Virus record (IMG/VR): IMGVR_UViG_3300044551_000118
Length of the DNA stretch: 32,397 nt
Direction: 5' to 3' (one strand)
Origin: a virus
Lineage: Duplodnaviria > Heunggongvirae > Uroviricota > Caudoviricetes
The notes beneath the pieces are model-generated. The model was not told the DNA's origin, ran no database searches, and saw only the letters and a list, made by a program, of their open reading frames with translations. Each line of letters opens with the position of its first letter. Positions within the stretch are counted from its first letter, which is position 1. Below, piece by piece: positions 1 through 8,718 of this stretch. Both the position numbers and the translations under genes were made by a program.

Positions 1-41
1 TGGTCGCATCGCGTCGCAGGAAGAGATAGCCGACCAAGACA

Positions 42-89
42 TAAGTAGAGGGGCGGCGTCGCAAAGCCGCGATGCCGCCCCTCTACTTA
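42..89. terminator. 21-bp stem inverted repeat, likely bidirectional terminator
   Basis: TAAGTAGAGGGGCGGCGTCGC / GCGATGCCGCCCCTCTACTTA with one wobble, just downstream of the minus-strand lipoprotein gene. Confidence 0.75.
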
Positions 90-106
90 GCAGAAGCCTC
101 TGAGGA

Positions 107-661
107 CTACTGCCTGATCAGCGTCATCCTGTCCGGTTCCTGGAAGGACTTCCAGTCCTTGGCGGTCTTGGCATACGGATACGCCCAAGGCAGATAGGTC
201 TGGTGCTCGGAATTCCTGAGCTGCCCGATTGCGAAATTCGGCAAATAGGGAAGAAGCTCGATCTGCGAGCCGCCATCCTTTACTTTGACAAGCAGCTCAT
301 TGAGCTCGATGTTCTCCGTGGCGCCTTCTACGCAAGGCCCCTTCGGCTTGTCGCTGATCCGGCATGTGGCATCCGTGTCGTCGAACGTGATGGCGAACAG
401 CCCTCTCTGAACCGGCTTGTCTGACAAGGAGTACGCGACCTTCTGGTCTTCTCCGTAATCCTGATAGGTCATGACGCCATTATCGAAAACCAGTTTGTCC
501 TCAAGTTTGGCCTTGCGGACGTATGTGCCGGAGATTTCAGGCTTGTCCGACGCCGCTGCGGTCTTGTGGGCGTTCGCACTGCCGCCCGCGCCTCCGCATC
601 CCGATAGCAGCATCATCGCCGCCAGCGCCACCGCTCCCAAGGCTCCCAGTTTTCCCTTCAT
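107..661 (-). CDS. Lipoprotein, tandem paralog 1 (184 aa)
   Basis: SD GAAGGAG before ATG 661. Signal peptide II with lipobox LSGC. Shares SGTY, SDKP, paired Cys and TL(I/V)(R/K)Q with its neighbours. Confidence 0.85.
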   Translation of the reverse strand: MKGKLGALGAVALAAMMLLSGCGGAGGSANAHKTAAASDKPEISGTYVRKAKLEDKLVFDNGVMTYQDYGEDQKVAYSLSDKPVQRGLFAITFDDTDATCRISDKPKGPCVEGATENIELNELLVKVKDGGSQIELLPYLPNFAIGQLRNSEHQTYLPWAYPYAKTAKDWKSFQEPDRMTLIRQ

Positions 662-664
662 AAT

Positions 665-746
665 CCATTCTCCTTCTTGCATCGTGTTGGGCGACTTCAA
701 GCATACAGCCGAAAGGAAAAGCCGGCCGGAGCGGGCTTTGAAGTCG
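665..746 (-). repeat. 82-bp intergenic unit, copy 1 (terminator-like hairpin plus RBS)
   Basis: Matches 1361-1442 with 2 mismatches. Outer inverted repeat CGACTTCAA/TTGAAGTCG encloses an inner hairpin with a T-rich tail on the minus strand. Confidence 0.85.
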
Positions 747-763
747 AAACGGCGGATGCCAAG

Positions 764-1357
764 TCATTGCTTGACCAGCGTCATCCTATCCGGCTCTTGG
801 AAGGACTTCCAGTCCTTGGCGGTCTTGGTATCCGGATACGACCATGGGATATTGGTTTCCTGCTCAGTGCCCTTAAGACGACTTGGAGCAAAATCGGGAA
901 GATAAGGAAGCAGCTCGATTTGATTTCCGTCCTTTGATGGCTGAATCAGAAGCTCATTAAGGACGTAGTTCAGCCGCACCGAATTAGGGTCATCCTGATC
1001 GAAGTCCGCGGCGCAGTCTTTAGACGGCTTGTCACTAATCATGCAGCGCGAGCCTCCGTCATCCCAATCCGATTTCCCGCGCATTGTCATGGAGTACAGT
1101 CCGTTCATAACGGGCTTGTCTGAGATCGAGTAGGTGGCCTTATATTCCTGATGCTCCTCGGAATACGCAAGAACCCCATTATCGAAAACCAACTTGTCGT
1201 CAAGATTGCCCTTAATGATGTATGTGCCGGAGATTTCAGGCCTGTTCGTTGCTGCGGTCTTGTGGGCGTTCGCGCTGCCGCCCGCACCTCCGCATCCCGA
1301 TAGCAGCATCATCGCCCCCAGCACTCCTACTCCAAAGGCTCCCAGTTTTCCCTTCAT
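764..1357 (-). CDS. Lipoprotein, tandem paralog 2 (197 aa)
   Basis: SD GAAGGAG before ATG 1357 and lipobox LSGC. N- and C-termini are nearly identical to paralog 1 (KTAKDWKSFQEPDRMTL); the middle is divergent. Confidence 0.85.
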   Translation of the reverse strand: MKGKLGAFGVGVLGAMMLLSGCGGAGGSANAHKTAATNRPEISGTYIIKGNLDDKLVFDNGVLAYSEEHQEYKATYSISDKPVMNGLYSMTMRGKSDWDDGGSRCMISDKPSKDCAADFDQDDPNSVRLNYVLNELLIQPSKDGNQIELLPYLPDFAPSRLKGTEQETNIPWSYPDTKTAKDWKSFQEPDRMTLVKQ

Positions 1358-1360
1358 GTC

Positions 1361-1442
1361 CCATTCTCCTTCTTGCATCGTGTTGGACGACTTCAAGCAT
1401 ACAGCCGAAAGGAAAAGCCCGCCGGAGCGGGCTTTGAAGTCG
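1361..1442 (-). repeat. 82-bp intergenic unit, copy 2
   Basis: Near-identical to 665-746; period 696 bp. Confidence 0.85.
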
Positions 1443-1455
1443 GAACAGGGGGCAA

Positions 1456-1995
1456 TCACTGCCTGATCAGAGTGCCGCAGTCAGGGTCCTCCAGAGCACC
1501 CTTCGTCATGTCGTAATCGCAGTTCTTGAAAGGCGCAGCCATAAAACCTTGCCTAGGAGCCAGAAAGCTCTTCGCCCTAGCCTGATCGAAGTCGGGGGTG
1601 AGCACCAGCTGTTTCCCGTCGCCGGATGCCTTCACGGAGAACTGATTGATAAATATTGTATTTTCGGCCCCCTTGCGGCATGTCGAAGGCTTTGAGGTTA
1701 TGCAAGCATTAGTATCGCCATTAAGAGTGGTAATCGTGTAAAGACCGTTCCTGCCCGGCTTGTCCGACAGCGTATACGTCCCACTATCGACGTAGTCGCC
1801 CTCTACGAACTTATCTACGCCATCCTTCAATGTAAGTTTAATCTGCCGTGGGACATCCTTGAAGACATACGTTCCGTTAAGTTGCGGCTTTGGTGCCGCG
1901 GCTGCGGGAGCCGGGCTTCCAGAACCACCGCATCCCGAGAGCAGTGTCATCGCCGTCAGCATCGCCGCACCTAATGCGAGCATCCTCTTCTTCAT
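1456..1995 (-). CDS. Lipoprotein, tandem paralog 3 (179 aa, more divergent)
   Basis: Purine-rich RBS before ATG 1995, lipobox LSGC, motifs NGTY, YTLSDKP, GLY, paired Cys and terminal TLIRQ. Confidence 0.8.
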   Translation of the reverse strand: MKKRMLALGAAMLTAMTLLSGCGGSGSPAPAAAAPKPQLNGTYVFKDVPRQIKLTLKDGVDKFVEGDYVDSGTYTLSDKPGRNGLYTITTLNGDTNACITSKPSTCRKGAENTIFINQFSVKASGDGKQLVLTPDFDQARAKSFLAPRQGFMAAPFKNCDYDMTKGALEDPDCGTLIRQ

Positions 1996-2039
1996 GGTTT
2001 CCTCTTCTCTCCAATATCGAAAATGACATTTCATTGTCT

Positions 2040-2061
2040 TATGCGTCGGCCTAGGCGCATA
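2040..2061. promoter_or_regulatory. Back-to-back CGCATA motifs (TATGCG-N10-CGCATA) between divergent genes
   Basis: Same arrangement recurs at 23362-23382 (N9) between another divergent gene pair. Confidence 0.55.
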
Positions 2062-2103
2062 GCGCCATCGTAGATTGCCATTTGGACGCGGAGGAGTTGC
2101 ACG

Positions 2104-5100
2104 ATGTCGCTGATTGTCGCCATGGGCGGTTTGCAGAAAATGGGACCGAACCTGCCGGTGCTGCGCTGGGCCGATGTCGCGGGCGTCCTGTCCAACCGCG
2201 CGGACGGACTTATTGAGCAGATCACCAGTCTGTTCACGAACATACCGCTCAACATCGAAGGGACGTTCCTATCCTTGGGCAACGAGCTGTGGGGCGCAGC
2301 GGCGTGGATGGTCTCCATGTCGCAGAGCAAGTCCGAGGGGCTCAAGGGCGTGTTCGGACCCGCGATGAACACGTTCGCAGGGAAGATCTACACGGCCATC
2401 AACACATCGTTCATGGTCCCCTTCCTCATCATCATGCTCGCGGCGCTGGGCGGCATGTGGGCCGTGTTCCGGGGGCAGGGATCCCGCGTGCTGATGAAGA
2501 AGGTCGGCGCCATGGGCCTCGGACTCGGCCTGTTCCTGAGCATGGGCGCGGCATCGGCGGCGCATCCGACCACCGATGCGCCGATGACCCCGTACTGGAC
2601 CGTGAACCAGGTCTCCAACATCGTGACGCTGGCCGGCAGCCGGCTCTCGGATGCCTTCGACGCATCGCTGACCACTGGCACCACGAGCTTCCTGAGTTCG
2701 ACGGCTCCGGGCATCGATCAGCTCTCCTGCCGCCGCTATGTCGCCCAGCTCGAGCGGAACTCCAAGGACGGCGAGGACGGAGTAGGCAAGAGCGCGACGC
2801 TCATCGCGCTCAATCGCATGTGGGAGGAGACGGGCCTGCGCATCTGGGCCCGCGCCCAGTACGGCCCCGGCGACAACAGCATGCAGGTGTTCTGCCGCGC
2901 ACTCGAAGCGCGGGGAGGCGTCTCCGGCTTCGATCAGGGAAAGATTGCCCAGGCCGCTGCGGGAGGACATGCTCCCATTAATCGCAATGCCGCCGCATGG
3001 TGGCCCAACATGCTCGTGTCCGCCGAGAAGAATCCGACCTCGAATCAGATGCTCGACCGCGCCGTGACCATGTTCGACGTATGCGGGCTTAAGGACGGGA
3101 AATTCTACGCGCGCCCGGGCTTCGGATTCATCCAACTCCTCACAGGCGGGCACCGCGGCCTGTCGAAGACCGTTACCGACTCCACAGGCGTTGACCTTGG
3201 TGCCACCAGCGGCTTGCCTGACGTAGAGGAAGTATCGCTTCCTCTCTCTGATCAGTGCTCGGCCGCTATCAACGGGCGTGTCGCCGGACAGAGGTGGAAC
3301 TATGAGATTCTCCAGCCGCCCGGGAAGGTCGCCCACTCGAAGATCAGGGGCCAGAAGTGGAACTGGGATTCTTCAGGCAATGATGCGGGTGGCGACTCGC
3401 TGCGCGCCATCGTCAACAAGTTCGACATCAAGAGCGACTCCGCCGCTGGGTGGAATGGCGATCAGATCGACTGGCAGACCGCTGCGGCCAGCTCCGACTC
3501 GAATAATGGCAACTCGCTGCAGAACAATGCGGCTATCAACACCATCAACTCCCAGCACGGCGTCTCGGGACTGACCGACATCGGCGGGTCGATCGTCTTC
3601 GCGCTCTCCGGGCTGGTGAACTTCGTCATCTGGGGCCTTGGGCTGGGGCTTCTCCAGATGCTCGCGGTCGCCATGAGCTTCCTGCTGGCGGGCGTCGGAC
3701 TCTACTTCGGCTTCCTGATCTGGGCGGTCATGCCCGACAAGGGCTCCAAGGCGGTCGGGAACGCCGTCAAGCAGATGGTCGCCGCATGCGCGGGCATCAC
3801 CATCATCAGCATCATCGCATCGGTGCTCAACACCATCATCAACGCCTTCATGGCGGCCCTGGGCGTCATCGACGGCAACGGCAACACGACCGGCACGGTC
3901 ATGACCATGTCCGTCGCCTCGCTCGTGCTTCCCCCCGCCGCCATCATGCTCCTCAAGTACATGTGCACGAACGTGTGGAAGATAGGCAACCCGTTCTCCG
4001 CCGAGGGGCTTGGCGCGCTGGTCGGCGGCGGAGCGATCCTCAAGGGCGTGGGCAACGCGGCCAAGGGGCTGGCCGGGGGAGCCATCGGCGGAGCGGCTGC
4101 GCTCATGGGAGGCGGGGGCGTCATGGCCGCTCTCGGCGCGGCGAGGTCCGGGGCGGCATCCGCGGCCTCGGGCAAGGGCGTCATGGGCACCGCGGGAGGC
4201 CTGGCGGATGCCGCCGGGCGCGGGCACGGCGCCGGGCAGATGGACAGGTTCTACCGCGAGCGCAACGAGAGCATGGCCGAGAAGGCCGTGGGCGGCGGCG
4301 AAACGAAGGACCGCAATCCGACCGAGGGCGAGAGCGTGCCGGGTTCCGACGCGGAGCCGAAGAGCGCCGAAGAGACGGCCCGAGACGATGCCATCGGCGC
4401 ATCCGGGGCGGACAAGGCGAAGGACGGCGAGGAGCCGGTCACAAGCGAAGCCGAGGCGGCCGCCACGGGCGGCGACCCGACTCTGAGCATGGACGGCGAG
4501 GAGCCGGAGGACGAGCCCGAGCTGGACGAGAACGGCGAGCCTGTGGCGAACGAGGCCGAAGGCGCCGTCGAGGGCGAGCCCGAGCTGGACGAGAACGGCG
4601 AGCCTGTGGCGAACGAGGCCGAAGGCGCCGTCGAGGGCGAGCCCGACCTCTCGGAGGGCTCGGACGATACGAAGGCCGCGCTCTCCGGCATCGCAGGGTC
4701 GGTGAAGGGCGACCTGCGCGAGATGAAGGACGATCTGACGGACAAGGCCCACGCCGTCGCCGACAGGACCTCCGAGCGGGCGCATGCGCTGGCGGATGGC
4801 GCGGTCGTGCATATGCGCCGGCACGCCGTCGGGCGCGTGGCGCTGGCCGCGGCCCCGATAGCCGCGCGGGCGTCCAAGGCCGCGGGGCGCGGCGCTCTGC
4901 GCTCCGCGGCGTCCGTCGCCAAGGGGGCCACCAAGTTCGCCTCCAAGCATCCGGTGCTCGCCACCGCAGCCGTGGGGGCGGTCGCCCCCTGGGCGCTGCC
5001 CTTCGCCGCGGGCGGGGCCGCGCTGGCCCACTCCGCGCTCTCCAAGGGCCGGGTCGTAGGCCATAACAAGGACGGCTCCGACATCATCAAGGGCCGGGGC

Positions 5101-6630
5101 TTCCTCAACCGCGGCGCCGAGGTGGCGCGGAACAGCTACCCCGCCATCAGGGAGCGCGTATCCGCCGCCGGATCGAAGGTCGGCGGGGCCGCGCACTCCG
5201 CCGCCGATGCGGTGGCGAACGGCGCGCACGCCCTGCGCGATGCACGCAATGAGTTCCGCGGCAACATGACCGCCCAGTCCTGGGCCAGGGATCGGGATGC
5301 GAGCGTGAAGGCGGACAAGGACCGCCAGAGCGCCGCGTTCGCCAAGGCCGTGGCCGACGGCGGTGTGAAGAGCGAGGACTACGCCCAGTTCAAGGCCAGG
5401 GCCATCCTCGCCAACCGGGCCGGCGCGGCCCCCGAGGCGCGCAGGGCCATGGATGCGGGGATTGCCGGGGCGGCGGCGGACCGCGAGATGGCGGACATGG
5501 CGCGCGGCATCGCGCTGCAGAACAGCGAGCCGATGCCCGCGCGTGCGAGCGTGAACAGCGCTCTGGGCGGCGCGGACATGGCGCTGGCGAACACCGGCGC
5601 CAGGCAGCAGTACGCTTCGGTCGCGGGGCATGTGACCTCCGAGAGCATTGCGACCACGCCGGCCGCAGCTGTGGATGACCGCATCTACGGCGGCGAGCGC
5701 CGCTACGCGCAGGCCGGGCCCGGCTCCACGGTGAACGACAGCATCTACAACGCCTCCGAGGCCGCGGCTGCAGCAACGCAGAGCGTCAATGCGAACAACG
5801 GGCCTTCCGCGGAACGGATGAAGCAGGCGCGCAGCGCCGTGGAGGCGCCGCAGGCCATGCCTATGGGGCAGGGCATGCAGAGCGCCGCGGGCATGGCGCA
5901 GCAGGCCGCATTCGCGAGCGACAATCGCGCCGCAGGGCCTATTCCAGTCACGAATCAGAGCGCGCCCGTGGACAGCGGCAACATGCGGCCTCAGAGCGCG
6001 CCCGTGGACAGCGGCAACATGCGGCCTCAGAGCGCGCCAGTGAGCAACGGCAACATGCAGCAGGTGCCCGTGAACAGCGGCAACATGCGGCCTCAGAGCG
6101 CGCCAGTGAGCAACGGCAACATGCAGCAGGTGCCCGTGAACGCGGGCAGCGTAGGCCAGAGCGCGCCCGCTAATAACGGCAACATGCGGCCTCAGAGCAC
6201 GCCCGTGAACAGCGGCAACATGCGATCTCAGAGCGCGCCAGTGAGCAACGGCAACGCGCAGCAGCACGCCGTGCAGCAGACCCTGCCGGTCGACTCGGGA
6301 GCCATGCACGACCGGCAGTCCAGAGCGCAGACCATGTCTGCGGACAGGAGCAAGCCATCCGGGGACGCCGGGCTTAACGACCGCAAAGCGGCGTTCCTAG
6401 ATGACTCCCGCCCGAAGCTCGCCGAGACGCGGCGCTTCGCTCAGACCGCGCCGGAGCCCGGAGCGCAGAGCTCTCTCGACGATAAGGCGCCGGGAGGCGG
6501 CTCTCGCGGCCCGGGCCTCGCGAACACAGGCGAAAACGAAGCGCGGGTGGCGTTCGAGCGGCGGCAGAGCGAGATGGACGCCGCAATGGACGACGCACCC
6601 GACTGGGCCGCCAACGGGTTCGGCGACTGA
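2104..6630 (+). CDS. Large VirB6/TrbL-like polytopic conjugation membrane protein with a long low-complexity C-terminal tail (1508 aa)
   Basis: SD GAGGAG. N-terminal TM pairs, a large soluble loop, a second cluster of TM helices, a Gly/Ala-rich linker and an Ala/Gln/Asn repeat tail. Family call is from architecture only. Confidence 0.6.
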   Translation: MSLIVAMGGLQKMGPNLPVLRWADVAGVLSNRADGLIEQITSLFTNIPLNIEGTFLSLGNELWGAAAWMVSMSQSKSEGLKGVFGPAMNTFAGKIYTAINTSFMVPFLIIMLAALGGMWAVFRGQGSRVLMKKVGAMGLGLGLFLSMGAASAAHPTTDAPMTPYWTVNQVSNIVTLAGSRLSDAFDASLTTGTTSFLSSTAPGIDQLSCRRYVAQLERNSKDGEDGVGKSATLIALNRMWEETGLRIWARAQYGPGDNSMQVFCRALEARGGVSGFDQGKIAQAAAGGHAPINRNAAAWWPNMLVSAEKNPTSNQMLDRAVTMFDVCGLKDGKFYARPGFGFIQLLTGGHRGLSKTVTDSTGVDLGATSGLPDVEEVSLPLSDQCSAAINGRVAGQRWNYEILQPPGKVAHSKIRGQKWNWDSSGNDAGGDSLRAIVNKFDIKSDSAAGWNGDQIDWQTAAASSDSNNGNSLQNNAAINTINSQHGVSGLTDIGGSIVFALSGLVNFVIWGLGLGLLQMLAVAMSFLLAGVGLYFGFLIWAVMPDKGSKAVGNAVKQMVAACAGITIISIIASVLNTIINAFMAALGVIDGNGNTTGTVMTMSVASLVLPPAAIMLLKYMCTNVWKIGNPFSAEGLGALVGGGAILKGVGNAAKGLAGGAIGGAAALMGGGGVMAALGAARSGAASAASGKGVMGTAGGLADAAGRGHGAGQMDRFYRERNESMAEKAVGGGETKDRNPTEGESVPGSDAEPKSAEETARDDAIGASGADKAKDGEEPVTSEAEAAATGGDPTLSMDGEEPEDEPELDENGEPVANEAEGAVEGEPELDENGEPVANEAEGAVEGEPDLSEGSDDTKAALSGIAGSVKGDLREMKDDLTDKAHAVADRTSERAHALADGAVVHMRRHAVGRVALAAAPIAARASKAAGRGALRSAASVAKGATKFASKHPVLATAAVGAVAPWALPFAAGGAALAHSALSKGRVVGHNKDGSDIIKGRGFLNRGAEVARNSYPAIRERVSAAGSKVGGAAHSAADAVANGAHALRDARNEFRGNMTAQSWARDRDASVKADKDRQSAAFAKAVADGGVKSEDYAQFKARAILANRAGAAPEARRAMDAGIAGAAADREMADMARGIALQNSEPMPARASVNSALGGADMALANTGARQQYASVAGHVTSESIATTPAAAVDDRIYGGERRYAQAGPGSTVNDSIYNASEAAAAATQSVNANNGPSAERMKQARSAVEAPQAMPMGQGMQSAAGMAQQAAFASDNRAAGPIPVTNQSAPVDSGNMRPQSAPVDSGNMRPQSAPVSNGNMQQVPVNSGNMRPQSAPVSNGNMQQVPVNAGSVGQSAPANNGNMRPQSTPVNSGNMRSQSAPVSNGNAQQHAVQQTLPVDSGAMHDRQSRAQTMSADRSKPSGDAGLNDRKAAFLDDSRPKLAETRRFAQTAPEPGAQSSLDDKAPGGGSRGPGLANTGENEARVAFERRQSEMDAAMDDAPDWAANGFGD
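4513..4646 (+). repeat. In-frame 63-bp tandem repeat, about 2 copies (EPELDENGEPVANEAEGAVEG)
   Basis: Units start at 4513 and 4576, with a partial unit at 4639. Confidence 0.9.
5956..6256 (+). repeat. In-frame mosaic repeats of QSAPV(D/S/N)(S/N)GNM(RP/QQ)
   Basis: Exact 36-bp units CAGAGCGCGCCCGTGGACAGCGGCAACATGCGGCCT plus variants. Confidence 0.85.
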
Positions 6631-6640
6631 CGACAGCCGA

Positions 6641-6687
6641 GCAGCCCCCTCGGAGGTTTTCGTAACGAAAATCTCCGAGGGGGCTGC
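6641..6687. terminator. 22-bp stem inverted repeat after the VirB6-like gene
   Basis: GCAGCCCCCTCGGAGGTTTTCG-TAA-CGAAAATCTCCGAGGGGGCTGC, one wobble. Confidence 0.75.
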
Positions 6688-6813
6688 CGTCTCATATACG
6701 GGATGCCCAGATACAACGCCAGTAACGGAAGCGCACCGATGCACATGCGCAGAAGCATGACGAACGCGAAAACCAGGGAGTGATGCATCCGTCTCGGCGC
6801 ATAGCACCGGACC

Positions 6814-7617
6814 ATGGATATTCTCTTCGACATCAGCCCCTACTGGGCGGGCGACGTGCTCGCCTCCGACGCCGCGGCGAAGGACCTGGCATCCGTGAGC
6901 ATCGGGGACGGCCCGATCGACGGCTCTGCGCTCTCCTCGCTGCCATGCAGCCCGCTGGCCGTGCTCACGCCGCTGGCCGCGGCCTCCGAGCGGCCCGAGC
7001 GGCGCTACGGCATCCTCCTGACCCCCTTCCCCTACCTTCCCGACGAGGTGTGGATGCGCCGGCCCGGCGAGGGCCTGCCGGGCTATCACATGCGCATCCT
7101 CATCGCGCTCGACGCGCTGGGCCTGATCGAGGCGGACGAGCGAGACATGCCGCGCCTCGCCGCCATCGATGGCGCGCCGGAAGACACGGCGAGTGCGCAG
7201 GCGATGCTCGCCGCCTTCGACCGGCGAGGCGACGACGACCGATTCGACGCCATCCGCGAGCGCATCGCCCAGAGCGCCCGGGCGGCATGGCCCGAGGGCT
7301 ATCCCGCGGACGCCGAGATGGTCAACGGGCAGCTCATCGCGAGCCTGTCCATGACCGGCAGCGCGGTCGTCGCCGCGCAGCGCGCCGTGGCCCTGGGCGC
7401 CCTGGGCCCTGAGGGGGCGGCGCAGGCCGTCGCCCTGCTCAAGCGCATCCAGGAGTCGTACGGGCCGCTCTTCGATCCCGAGGCGATGGATCCCCCGCAC
7501 ATCGCCCAGTGGGTCATCGCCAACAAGGGCCGCGCCATCGACATGCTCTCGCAGCTCGCGGAAGCCGGTTTTGAGTCGCAGTCCACCGTGGACGCCGCCC
7601 GTCAGGTGTTCGCCTAA
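6814..7617 (+). CDS. Hypothetical protein (267 aa)
   Basis: Strong GC3 codon bias. No SD; CGCATA ends 10 nt before the ATG. Confidence 0.75.
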   Translation: MDILFDISPYWAGDVLASDAAAKDLASVSIGDGPIDGSALSSLPCSPLAVLTPLAAASERPERRYGILLTPFPYLPDEVWMRRPGEGLPGYHMRILIALDALGLIEADERDMPRLAAIDGAPEDTASAQAMLAAFDRRGDDDRFDAIRERIAQSARAAWPEGYPADAEMVNGQLIASLSMTGSAVVAAQRAVALGALGPEGAAQAVALLKRIQESYGPLFDPEAMDPPHIAQWVIANKGRAIDMLSQLAEAGFESQSTVDAARQVFA

Positions 7618-7762
7618 GCTCTCCGCTTCATCGACAAGCGCCTCCGCTCTCTCTTCACGGGAGGGCGGAGGCGCTTGTCGTTCCCGATGCATAGCCATCT
7701 CCCATAAGGAGGCGGCGTGCCGCGCGTCCATCCGGGGCGCTTCGTGCCATGCCGCGCATATC

Positions 7763-7900
7763 ATGAGCGATCGAGACGACGACCGGGAGCGGCGCAAGTT
7801 CACCTCCGACTCCAGCAAGGAGAAGTGGGGTCTGTGGGCGGGGGCGGTCCTGCTCTTCGTCGTGCCCATCTCCCTCATCCTGGGGATCTTCGGGCAATGA
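7763..7900 (+). CDS. Small single-pass membrane protein (45 aa)
   Basis: MSDRDDD...WGLWAGAVLLFVVPISLILGIFGQ; ATGA overlap with the next gene. Confidence 0.6.
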   Translation: MSDRDDDRERRKFTSDSSKEKWGLWAGAVLLFVVPISLILGIFGQ

Positions 7901-8718
7901 GCATCAGAGGCAAGATCGACGATGTATGGCGCGCCTACAAGCTGTTCCGCGTGCTCGGCTCGATGGGCGTCGGGCTGGGCGCGCTGGGGCTCGGGGGGCT
8001 GGGCACGTGGGGAGCGAGCGTCTGGCGCGGGCATGTCGTCAGGGCCACGGACAGCCCCGAGTACATGACCAATCAGACCACCGCGCCGGACGCCACGGTC
8101 GCGCCCGCGCCGAAGCTGCCGTTCTCATGGGGCGCGTTCCTGTCCTCGAACGGAATGAAGACCGTCGTTGCGCTGCTCGTGCTCACCATCATCATCTGGG
8201 CCGTCGCGCACTGGCCCATGAAGCGGCCCAACAACCCGTTCAAGCGCGACGAGCGACGGGAGTTCTCCAAGGCCGACCGGGCATGGATAGGCGAGTGCGC
8301 CGACCACCGCTGCGAGCACCGATACTGCTTCGGGCTGCTGCGCTGCGGATGGCGCGAGGGGGACGACGGCAAGACCGCACAGCTGGACCACTGGTACCCG
8401 CACTCCAAGGGCGGCGCCACCGACCGGCACAATCTCGTCTACCTGTGCCCGAAGCACAACAACCGCAAGTCCGCCCACGTGCCCACCGTCTGGGCCACGC
8501 GGGCGCTGGAGCGGGCGCGGCTCAAGTACTTCCCGGCCCGCTGGCGCGCCTACGCGCGGCCCGACGGCATCGACCATCGCATGGACGAGCCGGACATCCC
8601 GAAGGACGAGCCGAAGGCGCCGATCGAGGACATGGACGCCGAGCGCGCGCCATGGGAGGACGACGAAGAGGACGACTACCGGGACGCATTCCGGGGCTAT
8701 GACGACGAAGAAAACTAG
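7897..8718 (+). CDS. Membrane-anchored HNH endonuclease (273 aa)
   Basis: Two hydrophobic segments, then RCE...C...QLDHWYPHSKGGATDRHNLVYLCPKHNNRKS, an HNH motif with zinc ligands. Confidence 0.85.
   Translation: MSIRGKIDDVWRAYKLFRVLGSMGVGLGALGLGGLGTWGASVWRGHVVRATDSPEYMTNQTTAPDATVAPAPKLPFSWGAFLSSNGMKTVVALLVLTIIIWAVAHWPMKRPNNPFKRDERREFSKADRAWIGECADHRCEHRYCFGLLRCGWREGDDGKTAQLDHWYPHSKGGATDRHNLVYLCPKHNNRKSAHVPTVWATRALERARLKYFPARWRAYARPDGIDHRMDEPDIPKDEPKAPIEDMDAERAPWEDDEEDDYRDAFRGYDDEEN

Noticed and set aside
4513-6256. 63-, 45- and 36-bp repeats here and at 18056 and 31600 as CRISPR-like or regulatory arrays
   Set aside because: All are multiples of three, in frame, contiguous and without unique spacers; they are protein repeats.
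3373-6309. Long antisense or alternate-frame ORFs (e.g. 3373-6309, 6397-8034, 14516-15754, 18196-19851, 24197-25822, 29992-32385)
   Set aside because: Shadow ORFs expected at high GC; they overlap better-supported genes and give Arg/Gly/Ala-rich text without motifs.
6441-6787. Hydrophobic minus-strand ORF as a type I toxin
   Set aside because: Runs through a terminator hairpin into the VirB6-like gene, has no RBS, and no antitoxin RNA is evident.
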